DNA from: Myxococcales bacterium UBA1203
GTDB taxonomy: Bacteria; Myxococcota; Myxococcia; Myxococcales; UBA5297
DNA: 64,000 nt
Assembly: GCA_002309695.1 (NCBI GenBank)
Contig: DBXV01000004.1
Span: forward strand, 36,458-100,457
Direction: 5' to 3'
Position 1 is the stretch's first letter; each line of letters begins with the position of its first letter. The notes beneath the pieces are model-generated. The model ran no database searches and had not been told where the DNA came from. It saw only the letters and a list, made by a program, of their open reading frames with translations. Shown piece after piece: positions 54,096 through 63,232 of the stretch. The position numbers were made by a program, and so were the translations under genes.

Positions 54096-55049
54096 TCAGA
54101 GGAAGGACAGAACCAGGTAGGCGCCGATGGTTCCGCGCATGTCCCCGTTGTAGACGCCACCCTGGGCCCGAAGCTGAAGCCCCATGCGAAGAACATCCAC
54201 CACCGGGAATTCCATGCCGAGCCCGACCTGTCCGTTGACTCCGACCTGCGTGCAGTCGCTCTCCGTCTTGTAATCGAGGGTCATGCCGCCCACGCCGATG
54301 CCCAGCTGAAAGTAGAGATTGTGCATCGCGTAGATGTCCATGATCACGCTGCCCGCAAACTCAGACACGCCGTCCACCGTGTAGCGGCTGCTCCGGCCGC
54401 TGAGCCAGGGGTGATAGTTGGCGGCGATGTCCACGCCCATCATCAGAGGGACGCGGGGATTGGGCCTGAATTTGAAGTCGAGGAAGCCGCCGAACCCGTG
54501 CGTTCCCGGCGATTCCCAGCGGTCGTCCCTGTCACCGTCGTCCGAGCTGCCGCTGTATTCGACCGCTCCAACACCCCAGCCCAGGCCCAGCTCCAGACGA
54601 ACTTGGCCGCCGTAGGTCCGGGAGTGCCTGCTGCGCTCTTCATGAATCCGAAGACGTTCCTCTTCGCGAATCCGACGGCGGTCTTCCCTCTCCTGGAAGC
54701 GCTCCTCGCGCACCTTTCGCCGCTCAGCCCTGACCATCGCCCGACGCTCCGCAGCCATCGCCCGACGCTCTGCCCGGCGGTCCGAAGCTGACGCAGCGGC
54801 AGGCTCCGCAGCAGCGTCATCACCAGTGTCTGCGTCAGCCGCAGAAGCTGTCTTTGATCGGTCCACATCATCTGATGAGAGCAGCGGGGCATTTTCGGCA
54901 TCATCCACTGCGGTCAGCGATGCCTCGGCATGGCCCGAAACCTGATCAGCGGCTCCGTCCGGCAGCGTCTCTGTGGCCCAGCCTGCTGTCGGCAGAAACA
55001 AAGCTGCGGCGAGGCAGCATCCAGTCAAAGGATTCATCCAGTTGTTCAT
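54096..55049 (-). CDS. secreted protein with charged Arg/Glu repeat linker and C-terminal 8-strand-like beta-barrel (OMP-like) domain; paralog of the next gene
   Basis: ATG 55049 (MNNWMNPLTGCCLAAALFLPTAGWA signal). ETLPDGAADQVSG, then an acidic region, then ERRAMVRAERRKVREERFQEREDRRRIREEERLRIHEER. The Gly-rich amphipathic beta-strand domain ends GAYLVLSFL. Confidence 0.65.
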   Translation of the reverse strand: MNNWMNPLTGCCLAAALFLPTAGWATETLPDGAADQVSGHAEASLTAVDDAENAPLLSSDDVDRSKTASAADADTGDDAAAEPAAASASDRRAERRAMAAERRAMVRAERRKVREERFQEREDRRRIREEERLRIHEERSRHSRTYGGQVRLELGLGWGVGAVEYSGSSDDGDRDDRWESPGTHGFGGFLDFKFRPNPRVPLMMGVDIAANYHPWLSGRSSRYTVDGVSEFAGSVIMDIYAMHNLYFQLGIGVGGMTLDYKTESDCTQVGVNGQVGLGMEFPVVDVLRMGLQLRAQGGVYNGDMRGTIGAYLVLSFL

Positions 55050-55175
55050 GTCACTTAAACCTCTTTCCGGCCCTTTGAATTCCCCCATGGCCCACTGCCA
55101 TGGAGGTGCTGCTCATGCGGCGGCATCCTCCTTCTGAAAGGATGGAGTCCGCCAGACGCATCCGACTCAGAAGAA

Positions 55176-56174
55176 TCAGAAGAAGGAGAGAACCAGATAG
55201 CCGCTGACGCCGCCGAAAAGGAGGTCCTTATTGAAGATGCCTCCCAGGAGCCGCAGCTGACCGCCCATACGGAAGCCCTTGGACAGCTCGAACTCCGCGC
55301 CAATCGCCGCCAGTCCGCTGATGCCGATGTCGATGTCGTTGCGGCTCCACGAGCGGTCCAGACCGCAGGCGCCGATGCCCAGCGTGATGTAGAGCTCCTT
55401 CATCGGATAGATGTCGAAGGCGACGTTCCCCGAAAACGCCGTCAGCCGGGCATTGGGGAAGTGGTCGTAGCGGTCCTGAACCCACGGCTGATGCGTGGCT
55501 GAAAGGTCGAGGCCGATGTGCAGCGGCACCTGCGCGCTGGGCCTGAATTTCAGAGCCAGAAATCCCGCGGGCCCGGAGCTGTTCAGCGTCTCCTCCGAAT
55601 AGACATCGTATGCCTGAGACTTCGTGGTGGACCCTGAACTCCAGCCGATGCCCAGTTCCAGCCTGAAAGGACCGCCGAACGTCTTGGCTTCCGCGGGCTG
55701 AGAACTCTGCGAGATGCGGCGCTCATCAATCTGCGGGGGCGGCGCCTGGCGGTAATGGTCCTGGCTCTGCGCCTCCATATTCGGCGGCGGCGCGAGATAG
55801 CGGGAGTTGTCTTCCTCTGCCTGGCCCTGCGCCGCGTCCCCGCCCTCGGCAGAAGCGGCCTCATTCGACTCGCCCTCGCCCGCCTGCGCCGACTGCTCCT
55901 GCGTCTGCGCACCCGCGGCTTCCGCAGCCTTCTTGGCGGCGGCCTCTTCTTCGAGCGCCTTGATTTCGTCCGCCTGCTTTTTGGCCGCCTCGTAGTCATC
56001 CGAGGTGGGCAGCGAATCGTCTCCGGAATCCAGAGCGTCGAATGAATCCTGGGCGTTGCCGCTCACCACGCCGCCTACGCCTTCGGGAAGAGTCTCGGCT
56101 GCCAACACATCTGCGGAGACGAAAAGAGCCGCGGCCAGGAAGCAGGAAAACGAGGTCATTGTCAGGCGTTTCAT
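55176..56174 (-). CDS. secreted protein, paralog of 54096..55049, with acidic/Ala-Glu-Lys linker and C-terminal OMP-like beta-barrel domain
   Basis: Signal MKRLTMTSFSCFLAAALFVSADVLA, AETLPEGVGGVVSG, acidic/AEK-rich region. C-terminal domain ends GVSGYLVLSFF, the same terminus as its paralog. Confidence 0.65.
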   Translation of the reverse strand: MKRLTMTSFSCFLAAALFVSADVLAAETLPEGVGGVVSGNAQDSFDALDSGDDSLPTSDDYEAAKKQADEIKALEEEAAAKKAAEAAGAQTQEQSAQAGEGESNEAASAEGGDAAQGQAEEDNSRYLAPPPNMEAQSQDHYRQAPPPQIDERRISQSSQPAEAKTFGGPFRLELGIGWSSGSTTKSQAYDVYSEETLNSSGPAGFLALKFRPSAQVPLHIGLDLSATHQPWVQDRYDHFPNARLTAFSGNVAFDIYPMKELYITLGIGACGLDRSWSRNDIDIGISGLAAIGAEFELSKGFRMGGQLRLLGGIFNKDLLFGGVSGYLVLSFF

Positions 56175-56476
56175 GTCTTTGGACTCCCATCGGGTGGAAA
56201 GGAAACACAGTGGGCCAGTTCAGCGGGCCACCTCAGCAAAGCGGCGCGCCTGTAAACGTCACAGTTCCGGCAATCAATGATTCATCTGGTTGTCTGTTCG
56301 TCTCACCGTCAGTCCGGCCGTGCCCGCCGGTATCAGGCGTTTCTTTTTGCGGAACGGAGGCCTATGCGCCGCGCTCCAAAATCGCCGGCCGCCGGAGGCC
56401 TTTCCTCTGTCTCCCCTGCCCGGCGGCACTTCTCCCTTCCGGCTCCTTTCCGGAGGGCATCGCTTCGGAGGCCCGA

Positions 56477-57895
56477 ATGCGCCGTCCATCGATTTCCTCA
56501 AGGCCCTCACCATTCTCGGCCATCCTGCTCTCTGCTGCGGTCTGCGCCCTCTCTGCCTGCGGCGGTGATGAAGCTGAAAGCGGCATCGAAGAGACCGATG
56601 CCTCCGCTGACGCCTCTTCTTCCGTGACCATCATCACCGATTCGGACGCGGGCCAGAGCGGCGGGAACGGCGATGGAGGGACCGACGTCTCGGATTCAGG
56701 TCCGGAGGCGCCGGACAGCTCGGCCGGCGGCGATGAAGAAGATGACGCCGGCAGCGGCGACGCCGACGCGAATGGGAATGCGTCCGACGGCGGCTCAGAC
56801 ATTGAGAGCGATGCCGGTGAAGACGCGGGAACAGAAGAGGAGTGCACGCCGCTCCCGTTGGGTTCCCAGCCGCCGCACCCCAATCTGACCGGCGAGTATT
56901 CCACCGTCTATCCGGACGGCTGTCCCATGACGGTCACGGCCTGGCGCGTGGCCCAGAAAAAGGGCGCCGGCGATTATGCCGTCCTCACCCGCTTCAAGGC
57001 TTTCGAGGTGGATGGCTTCGACGCCAGCGTCCTCTACGACACGCGCATCGTGGAAATCAGCGCGCCGGAGACTCACAAAAACGTGGTGCTCCTCGCCGCC
57101 GGCCAGAAGGGTCCCAGCGGCAGCGGGCACTCCAACGGCCTCACCGGGCAGGGGCTCGACTGGTTCGACGCCTGCGGCCGGGCCCGCTGCGAGGGCATCA
57201 AGCTCGACGGCAGGGCGATGGGGCTCAAGCTCAAGGCTCTCGGGTGGCTGCCTGAGGATGAGACCTACATGGCCTTCTCGCTCGACAACAACTTTGACTA
57301 CACGATGTCCGAGACCAAGCGGGACGCGGTGCTGCGCGGCTTCGTGGCCTGGCTGAAAACGAAAATCACGGCCGACACGGAGCGGGTGATTCTGGGCGGA
57401 AGTTCCCGGGGCGGGTGCCTCTCGATGCTCATCGCTCAGGCGCTTCGGGCGGACAGCGCCTACGACGGCGTCCGCATCTACGTCTCGTCCTTCGACGGCG
57501 TGTGCAAAAAGGAGAGCGAGCTGGGCGTCACCACCACCCGCATCGACAACCCGCTCAAGTCCTCTTACGGCGGCTGGGCCACAGATCTGAAAAGCCAGTT
57601 CCCCAGGCGCGACAGGCTGCGCATCTACCACCTGGCCGGCGGCGAAGAGGTGGTGACGATTTCCGGCGTTCGGGCCTTCTCCGCTTACGAGGGCACCACC
57701 CCGCCCGACACTGGGACGAACATCGACTGGGGCTGGTTCAAGCAGACGTGGGTGCCCTGGGCGCACAAGGAAGTTGGCTCCGCTTTCATTGTGCCCGATG
57801 TGGGCGACCGTCCTCAGGCCGTGGCGGACACCATCGACGCGCAGCTCAGCTGGCTCAAGGCGGGTCTGGACAGCGAGCACGCCGGCGAAAACTGA
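56477..57895 (+). CDS. lipoprotein, putative alpha/beta-hydrolase (serine esterase) with acidic Gly/Asp/Ser-rich N-terminal linker
   Basis: ATG 56477 with GGAGG upstream. LSACGG lipobox. GGSSRGGCLS fits the GxSxG nucleophile-elbow motif. In the track it is embedded in a longer ORF that starts at 56042. Confidence 0.65.
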   Translation: MRRPSISSRPSPFSAILLSAAVCALSACGGDEAESGIEETDASADASSSVTIITDSDAGQSGGNGDGGTDVSDSGPEAPDSSAGGDEEDDAGSGDADANGNASDGGSDIESDAGEDAGTEEECTPLPLGSQPPHPNLTGEYSTVYPDGCPMTVTAWRVAQKKGAGDYAVLTRFKAFEVDGFDASVLYDTRIVEISAPETHKNVVLLAAGQKGPSGSGHSNGLTGQGLDWFDACGRARCEGIKLDGRAMGLKLKALGWLPEDETYMAFSLDNNFDYTMSETKRDAVLRGFVAWLKTKITADTERVILGGSSRGGCLSMLIAQALRADSAYDGVRIYVSSFDGVCKKESELGVTTTRIDNPLKSSYGGWATDLKSQFPRRDRLRIYHLAGGEEVVTISGVRAFSAYEGTTPPDTGTNIDWGWFKQTWVPWAHKEVGSAFIVPDVGDRPQAVADTIDAQLSWLKAGLDSEHAGEN

Positions 57896-57917
57896 AAGAG
57901 CCGTCCCGATGACTGTC

Positions 57918-58625
57918 TCAGCCGCCCGTCTCCAGGTCTGAGCCGTCACCATCGGCAGCTTCGACCTCTTCCAGCGCTTCAGCCCTCTGCAGTTCCTGAG
58001 AGAACAGCAGCTCCAGACTTATCGATGACTGGAGCCCGACCACCATGCGCCCATTGATGTAGAGCGTCGGCGTGGCGTGGATGCCCAGGTCAATGCCCAT
58101 CTGCCAGTCTGCGTTGATGCGGTTCTTGGCGTCGCCGGACGAAAGGCACGCCTCAAAAGCGTCCGTGTCCATCCCCAGCTCGCGGGCATGCGCGGCGATG
58201 GTGTCGTCATCGAGGCTGGCATTTTTGGCCACCAGCCGGTCGAGCATCTCCCAGAAGAGCCCCTGGTCCTCAGCACACTCGACCGCCATCGCGGCCGGAA
58301 TCGCCCGGGGGTGGAGTCCGGGGATGGGGTAGTGCCGAAAGGCGACGCGCAGATCATTGGGATGCGCCGCGAAGAGATCCTTCACGTGGCGGACGGACAC
58401 GGAGCAGTAAGGACATTGAATGTCCACGAACTCCACAATGGTGACGCGGGCGTCTTCAGGCCCCAGAACGGGCGCGCCCTCCGCGCTGACCGGATAGCGG
58501 GTGTCATCCAATGTTGATGATGAGGACTGCTCCGTCCCGCAGGCGGCGCCTCCAAGCGCCATCGCCGCGAGAAAGGCGGGACCCAAAGCGGCAAAAACCG
58601 CGGATGTCTTCGGCAGCAGCGTCAT
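57918..58625 (-). CDS. DsbA-family thiol:disulfide oxidoreductase lipoprotein
   Basis: ATG 58625 (MTLLPKTSAVFAALGPAFLAAMALGGAACG) with GGAGG upstream. CPYC active site in a thioredoxin-fold context (VTIVEFVDIQCPYCS). Confidence 0.75.
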   Translation of the reverse strand: MTLLPKTSAVFAALGPAFLAAMALGGAACGTEQSSSSTLDDTRYPVSAEGAPVLGPEDARVTIVEFVDIQCPYCSVSVRHVKDLFAAHPNDLRVAFRHYPIPGLHPRAIPAAMAVECAEDQGLFWEMLDRLVAKNASLDDDTIAAHARELGMDTDAFEACLSSGDAKNRINADWQMGIDLGIHATPTLYINGRMVVGLQSSISLELLFSQELQRAEALEEVEAADGDGSDLETGG

Positions 58626-58699
58626 GGACACCTCCAAGACGAGGGGGGCGAGGGGCGGTCATTCACTTGCGGAGGCGAAGCAATGCCGCGGGGAAGTCC

Positions 58700-58745
58700 G
58701 CACAAAAAAGCCCCTTTTCCCGAAGCAGGAAAAAGGGGCCTTCAC
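58700..58745. terminator. bidirectional hairpin terminator between the carboxyltransferase and DsbA genes
   Basis: aaaaaagccccttttcccgaagcaggaaaaaggggcctt. Confidence 0.55.
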
Positions 58746-58779
58746 CGGCTCTGCTCCGCATGGAGTTACAGAGCAGAGT

Positions 58780-60276
58780 TCACAGCGTCTCAACCTTCAC
58801 CACGTGGCGCTGGCCGTTCACCGTCATCACAAAGTCGGTGATTTTGCCGCCCGCAGAGACCTGAGCATTCGCGGCAGCGGGCGCGGGAGCGGCGGCACCC
58901 GGCTTCTTGGGTGCCGTGGGGAACTTGGGGCCCTCGGGACGCGTCTGGAAGAATCCCGGCGCCACCTTGGGGAAGCAGGCGTAGGTCAGGACGTCCTCAT
59001 CGGTGCCGTTGAAGCCCGGGAGCTTGGCCGCCTCGGCCTTCATCTCTGCGAAGGTCTCGGTGATTTTGTCGGCGGGGCGGCAGGTGATGGGCGCCTTGCC
59101 CGACTTCTGCTGCGCCAGAGCCACCACCTCGGGATTCGGCTCCGCGATGTTCTTGCCATAGTAGCCGAGCATCAGATCCTGGAACTCGCCCGTCATCATC
59201 TTGTAGCGGCCGCCCATGAGGACGTTCATCACGGCCTGGGTGCCGACAATCTGGCTGGAGGGCGTGACGAGCGGCGGATAGCCCGCGTCCTTGCGGACGT
59301 TCGGCACCTCGGCGAGCACCTCGGCGAGGCGCTTCTCGGCCTTCTGCTGCTTCAGCTGGCTTTCGAGGTTCGAGAGCATGCCGCCGGGAATCTGGCTGAT
59401 GAACAGGTCGGTGTTCGCGCCGACCGTCTTCGTGAGGAAGTCGCTGTACTTGGGCAGCACTTTCTTGAAGTGATCGCGGGCGCGGAGAATCGGCTTGATG
59501 TCGAGGCCCGTCTCATAGCCCGTGCCTTCGAGCATCTCGTGGAAGCTCTCGGTGGGGTTGTGGCCCGTGCCCAGAGCGAGCGCGCTGACCGAGGTGTCCA
59601 CGCCGTCCACGCCCGCCTCCACGGCCTTCATCAGCGAGACCATGGTGACGCCGGTGGTCGAGTGGGTGTGCAGCCAGACGGGAATCTTCACGCGGGCCTT
59701 GATGGCCTTGACGAGGTCGTAGGCCACTTGGGGCTTAATGAGCGCGGCCATGTCCTTGATGCAGATGGAGTCGCAGCCCAGTGCCTCGTAATCGGAGGCC
59801 AGTTTGGCGAACGCCTCAACCGTGTGAACGGGGCTCACCGTGTAGCTGATGGTTCCCTGGGCGTGCTTCCCGGCCTTCTTCACGGCGTCGATGGCGCGCT
59901 TCACGTTGCGGGGGTCGTTGAGGGCGTCGAAGACGCGGAACACGTCGATGCCGTTCTCAGCGGCCTTCTCCACAAACCTGTCCACAATCTCGTCGCCGTA
60001 GTGGCGGTAGCCGAGCAGGTTCTGGCCGCGCAGCAGCATCTGGAGGCGCGTGTTGGGCAGGAGCTTCTTGAACTTGCGCAGGCGCTCCCAGGGGTCCTCA
60101 TTGAGGAAGCGGATGCAGGAGTCGAAGGTGGCGCCGCCCCAGCACTCCAGAGACCAGTAACCGGCGGCGTCCAGATCGGCACAGGCGGGAGCCATGTCGT
60201 CGAAGGTCATGCGGGTGGCCATCAGGCTCTGGTGGGCATCGCGGAGGATGACGTCGGTGACGTTGATTTTTTTCAT
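58780..60276 (-). CDS. pyruvate/oxaloacetate carboxyltransferase subunit (OadA/PycB 5S-type), without a biotinyl domain
   Basis: ATG 60276 (MKKINVTDVILRDAHQSL...) with an AAAGGA RBS. TIM-barrel carboxyltransferase motifs (DVFRVFDALND, WLHTHSTTGV). Ends VTVNGQRHVVKVETL with no AMKM biotin-attachment domain, like the transcarboxylase 5S subunit. Confidence 0.8.
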   Translation of the reverse strand: MKKINVTDVILRDAHQSLMATRMTFDDMAPACADLDAAGYWSLECWGGATFDSCIRFLNEDPWERLRKFKKLLPNTRLQMLLRGQNLLGYRHYGDEIVDRFVEKAAENGIDVFRVFDALNDPRNVKRAIDAVKKAGKHAQGTISYTVSPVHTVEAFAKLASDYEALGCDSICIKDMAALIKPQVAYDLVKAIKARVKIPVWLHTHSTTGVTMVSLMKAVEAGVDGVDTSVSALALGTGHNPTESFHEMLEGTGYETGLDIKPILRARDHFKKVLPKYSDFLTKTVGANTDLFISQIPGGMLSNLESQLKQQKAEKRLAEVLAEVPNVRKDAGYPPLVTPSSQIVGTQAVMNVLMGGRYKMMTGEFQDLMLGYYGKNIAEPNPEVVALAQQKSGKAPITCRPADKITETFAEMKAEAAKLPGFNGTDEDVLTYACFPKVAPGFFQTRPEGPKFPTAPKKPGAAAPAPAAANAQVSAGGKITDFVMTVNGQRHVVKVETL

Positions 60277-60528
60277 ACGCACAAATCCTTTCAGTCAGTG
60301 GGGGAAGGCGCGGCCAGGCAGGCGCCCCCCGGCCAAAAAAGCGGCGGGCCTCTAGTCGCGCGACCCTCAAAATTCAAGGCAGCGGGGGTGAGGGATACAA
60401 ACTGAAGGGAGGCTGAAAACCGGCTTCTTCGCGGCTGTAATTCCCCTCTTGAAATGTGCCCGCCGGACCGGAAACCGGCCCGCCCGTTTGTCCGTTCCGA
60501 ACCGTCTTCCCTGAGGAGGCGCACAGCC

Positions 60529-61623
60529 ATGACCGCCCAAGTCTATTTCGTCCCCATCACCGCGGATGAATCCGCTGCATCCGTGGACGCCAAAGCCGTC
60601 CGCCTTTTTGACGCCGCTGGCTTCGCTTCTCTCGCCGAACCCGATGACCTGGTGGGGCTCAAGGTCCACTTCGGCGAGGAGGGGAACACCAACTTCATTC
60701 CCTCGGCCTGGCTGAAATCGATTGTGGACAGGTTCAAATCCCAGGGTGCCAAGCCCTTCTGGACCGAGACCAGCACCCTCTACGCGGGGCAGCGGGCCAA
60801 CGCCGTCGATCACGCTCTCCTGGCGCACAGGCACGGCTACGGCATCGAGGACACGGGAATTCCTGTGGTGTTCAGCGACGGTCTGATTGGGCGCGGCGAA
60901 GTCGAGGTGGCGCTGCCCAAAGCGGGCGGCAAGGTGGTTCGCGTGGCGGAGGACGTGGCCAACATGAACGCGCTCCTTGTTCTGAGCCATGCCACGGGCC
61001 ACGTGGCGGCGGGCTACGGCGGCGCCTTCAAAAATCTGGGGATGGGGCTCTCCAGCCGCAAGGGCAAGCTCTGGCAGCACGCCGTGGTTCAGCCGTTCAT
61101 CGACGCCGAAAAATGCCGCGGGTGCGGGCTCTGCGCCCGGCACTGTCCTCAGGATGCCATCACCATGACGCCCCGAAGCGGCGGCGGCCCCAGACTGCTA
61201 GCGGCCATCAGTAAAAAGGCGTGCATCGGCTGCGGCGAATGTCTGGCCACCTGCCGCACCGACGCCGTGACCTTCGACTGGAACAGCGAGTCCGTGAAGC
61301 TCCAGGAGCGGCTTCTGGAACAGGCCGCCGGCGTCATCGAGCTGCTCCGGGGACGCATGGGCTTTATGAACTTCATCCACAGGGTCGGCAGCCTGTGCGA
61401 CTGCGCGCCGTCGTCGCCGAAGGACACTCTCATCGACGCGCTGGGCATTCTGGCCTCCAGTGACCCGCTGGCCATCGAGCAGGCGACGATCGACCTGATG
61501 AACCGGCGGCTTGGATGCGATTTCCACAGGCACTCCCACGGTGTGGATTTCGAGGTTCAGTTCAGGAGCGCGGAAAAGCTGGGGCTGGGCAGCCGCGACT
61601 ATGTGCTGATTGAGCTGGACTGA
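60529..61623 (+). CDS. DUF362 domain protein with 2x[4Fe-4S] ferredoxin motifs
   Basis: ATG 60529 with GAGGAGG upstream. CRGCGLCARHCP and CIGCGECLATC (CxxCxxCxxxCP ferredoxin motifs) embedded in a DUF362-like fold. Confidence 0.7.
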   Translation: MTAQVYFVPITADESAASVDAKAVRLFDAAGFASLAEPDDLVGLKVHFGEEGNTNFIPSAWLKSIVDRFKSQGAKPFWTETSTLYAGQRANAVDHALLAHRHGYGIEDTGIPVVFSDGLIGRGEVEVALPKAGGKVVRVAEDVANMNALLVLSHATGHVAAGYGGAFKNLGMGLSSRKGKLWQHAVVQPFIDAEKCRGCGLCARHCPQDAITMTPRSGGGPRLLAAISKKACIGCGECLATCRTDAVTFDWNSESVKLQERLLEQAAGVIELLRGRMGFMNFIHRVGSLCDCAPSSPKDTLIDALGILASSDPLAIEQATIDLMNRRLGCDFHRHSHGVDFEVQFRSAEKLGLGSRDYVLIELD

Positions 61624-61712
61624 CGGCTGGACACGCTGAACAGGCAGCTTTTCCGGACCTCGCATCCGCTCTCGACAAGCGTCCGAAAATGGCTAGAAGG
61701 CGCCGGCTTTCA

Positions 61713-61748
61713 GAGGGTGCGGCTGCTTCCCCACACCCTCTTTTTTCA
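61713..61748 (+). terminator. rho-independent terminator after the DUF362 gene
   Basis: gagggtgcggctgcttccccacaccctctttttt. Confidence 0.65.
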
Positions 61749-61869
61749 TGCCTTTTTCTTCTGAAAGCGCCGCCGGCCGGCGCCCAGGAAATGCGCCTTC
61801 GGCACGAGGGAGCCGCAGAGACAGCGCTAAGAGGCCAACACAGAAGAGGAAGAGCTGAAAGATTTGGAA

Positions 61870-63104
61870 TGGATATGACGCAGAGACGACGTGTCGCCAT
61901 TACGGGCATCGGCATGACAACTCCCATCGGCAACAGCCTCGACGAGGTTTCCGCTGCGTTGCGTGCCGGACGAAGCGGCATTCAGCGAATGAATGAGTGG
62001 GACAGCATCGATGGCCTGGCGACGCGGCTGGCCGCGCCCTGCGATGTGGACCTCTCCTGCCTGCCCCGGAAAAAGACCCGCACCATGGGTCGTGTGGCGC
62101 TGCTGTCCGCCTGGGCTACTCAGCAGGCCATCAATCAAGCCGGGCTCTCTTCCGAGGAGCTTTCCGACGGCCGGACGGGGCTGGCCTACGGTTCAACATC
62201 CGGGTCCACGCCGGCGTTTCAGCATTTCGTGGGCAAGCTCCTGTTTGAGAACACCACGAGCGGCATCCAGAGCAGCGTCTATCTCCAGCTGATGAGCCAC
62301 ACGACGACAGCGAACCTGGCCTCGTATTTCGGCATCCGCGGCCGCGTGTACACGACGTGCGCCGCCTGCGTTTCCGCCTCTCTGGCCATCGGCTACGGCT
62401 ATGAGGCGATTCGTTACGGGATGCAGGACCGCATGATTGTGGGCGGCGCGGAGGAGTGCCACGTCGCCAATGCCGTGGTCTTCGACATCATGTTTGCCAC
62501 CTCGCGCCGCTACAACGACGCCCCGGAGAGATCGCCGCGCCCCTTCGACAAAGACAGGGACGGGCTGGTTACCGGCGAGGGCGCATGCACCTTCGTTCTC
62601 GAAGAATACGAGAGCGCAAAGGCGCGCGGGGCGCAGATTCTCGCGGAAATCATCGGCTACGGGACCAACTGCGACGGCGGCCATCTGACGGCGCCCTCAC
62701 CGGAAGGCACGCAGGAGGTCATTCGGCTCTCTCTGGCAGACGCCGGGCTCAGGCCTCAGGACATCGACTATGTGAATGCCCACGCCACCTCCACAGACCT
62801 GGGGGACATCGTGGAGAGCCAGGCCATCGAGGCCGTTCTGGGCCGCAAAGTTCCAGTCAGCTCGACCAAGGGCTTCACCGGTCACACGCTGGGAGCCTGC
62901 GGCGCCATCGAGTCCGCATTCTGCATCGCCATGATGCGCGACGGATTTCTGGCCCCGAACCGCAATCTGGAAAACGTCGATCCCAGATGCGCCGCCCTCG
63001 ACTACGTGATGGGTGAGCCCCGCCAGGCCTCGCCCTCCATCGTTATGAACAACAACTTCGCCTTCGCTGGTCTGAATACGTCGCTCATTCTGAAAAAGGC
63101 CTAG
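61870..63104 (+). CDS. beta-ketoacyl-ACP synthase (KAS I/II, FabF/FabB-like)
   Basis: ATG 61870 (MDMTQRRRVAITGIGMTTPIGN...). Thiolase-fold KAS with active-site Cys (TTCAACVSASLAIG) and His/His (NAHATSTDLGD, GHTLGACGAIE). Confidence 0.85.
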
Positions 63105-63232
63105 GCGCTCCGGCGGCAGAAGCCCGCATCGAAGGCTGATCCGCCTCAACCGCCTTTGCCCGGTCCCGGCCACGGCCCCCAACTCCGGCATCCTGCGCTC
63201 CTCGGCGGCAGCAGGTGCCATCGGTCCCCACC

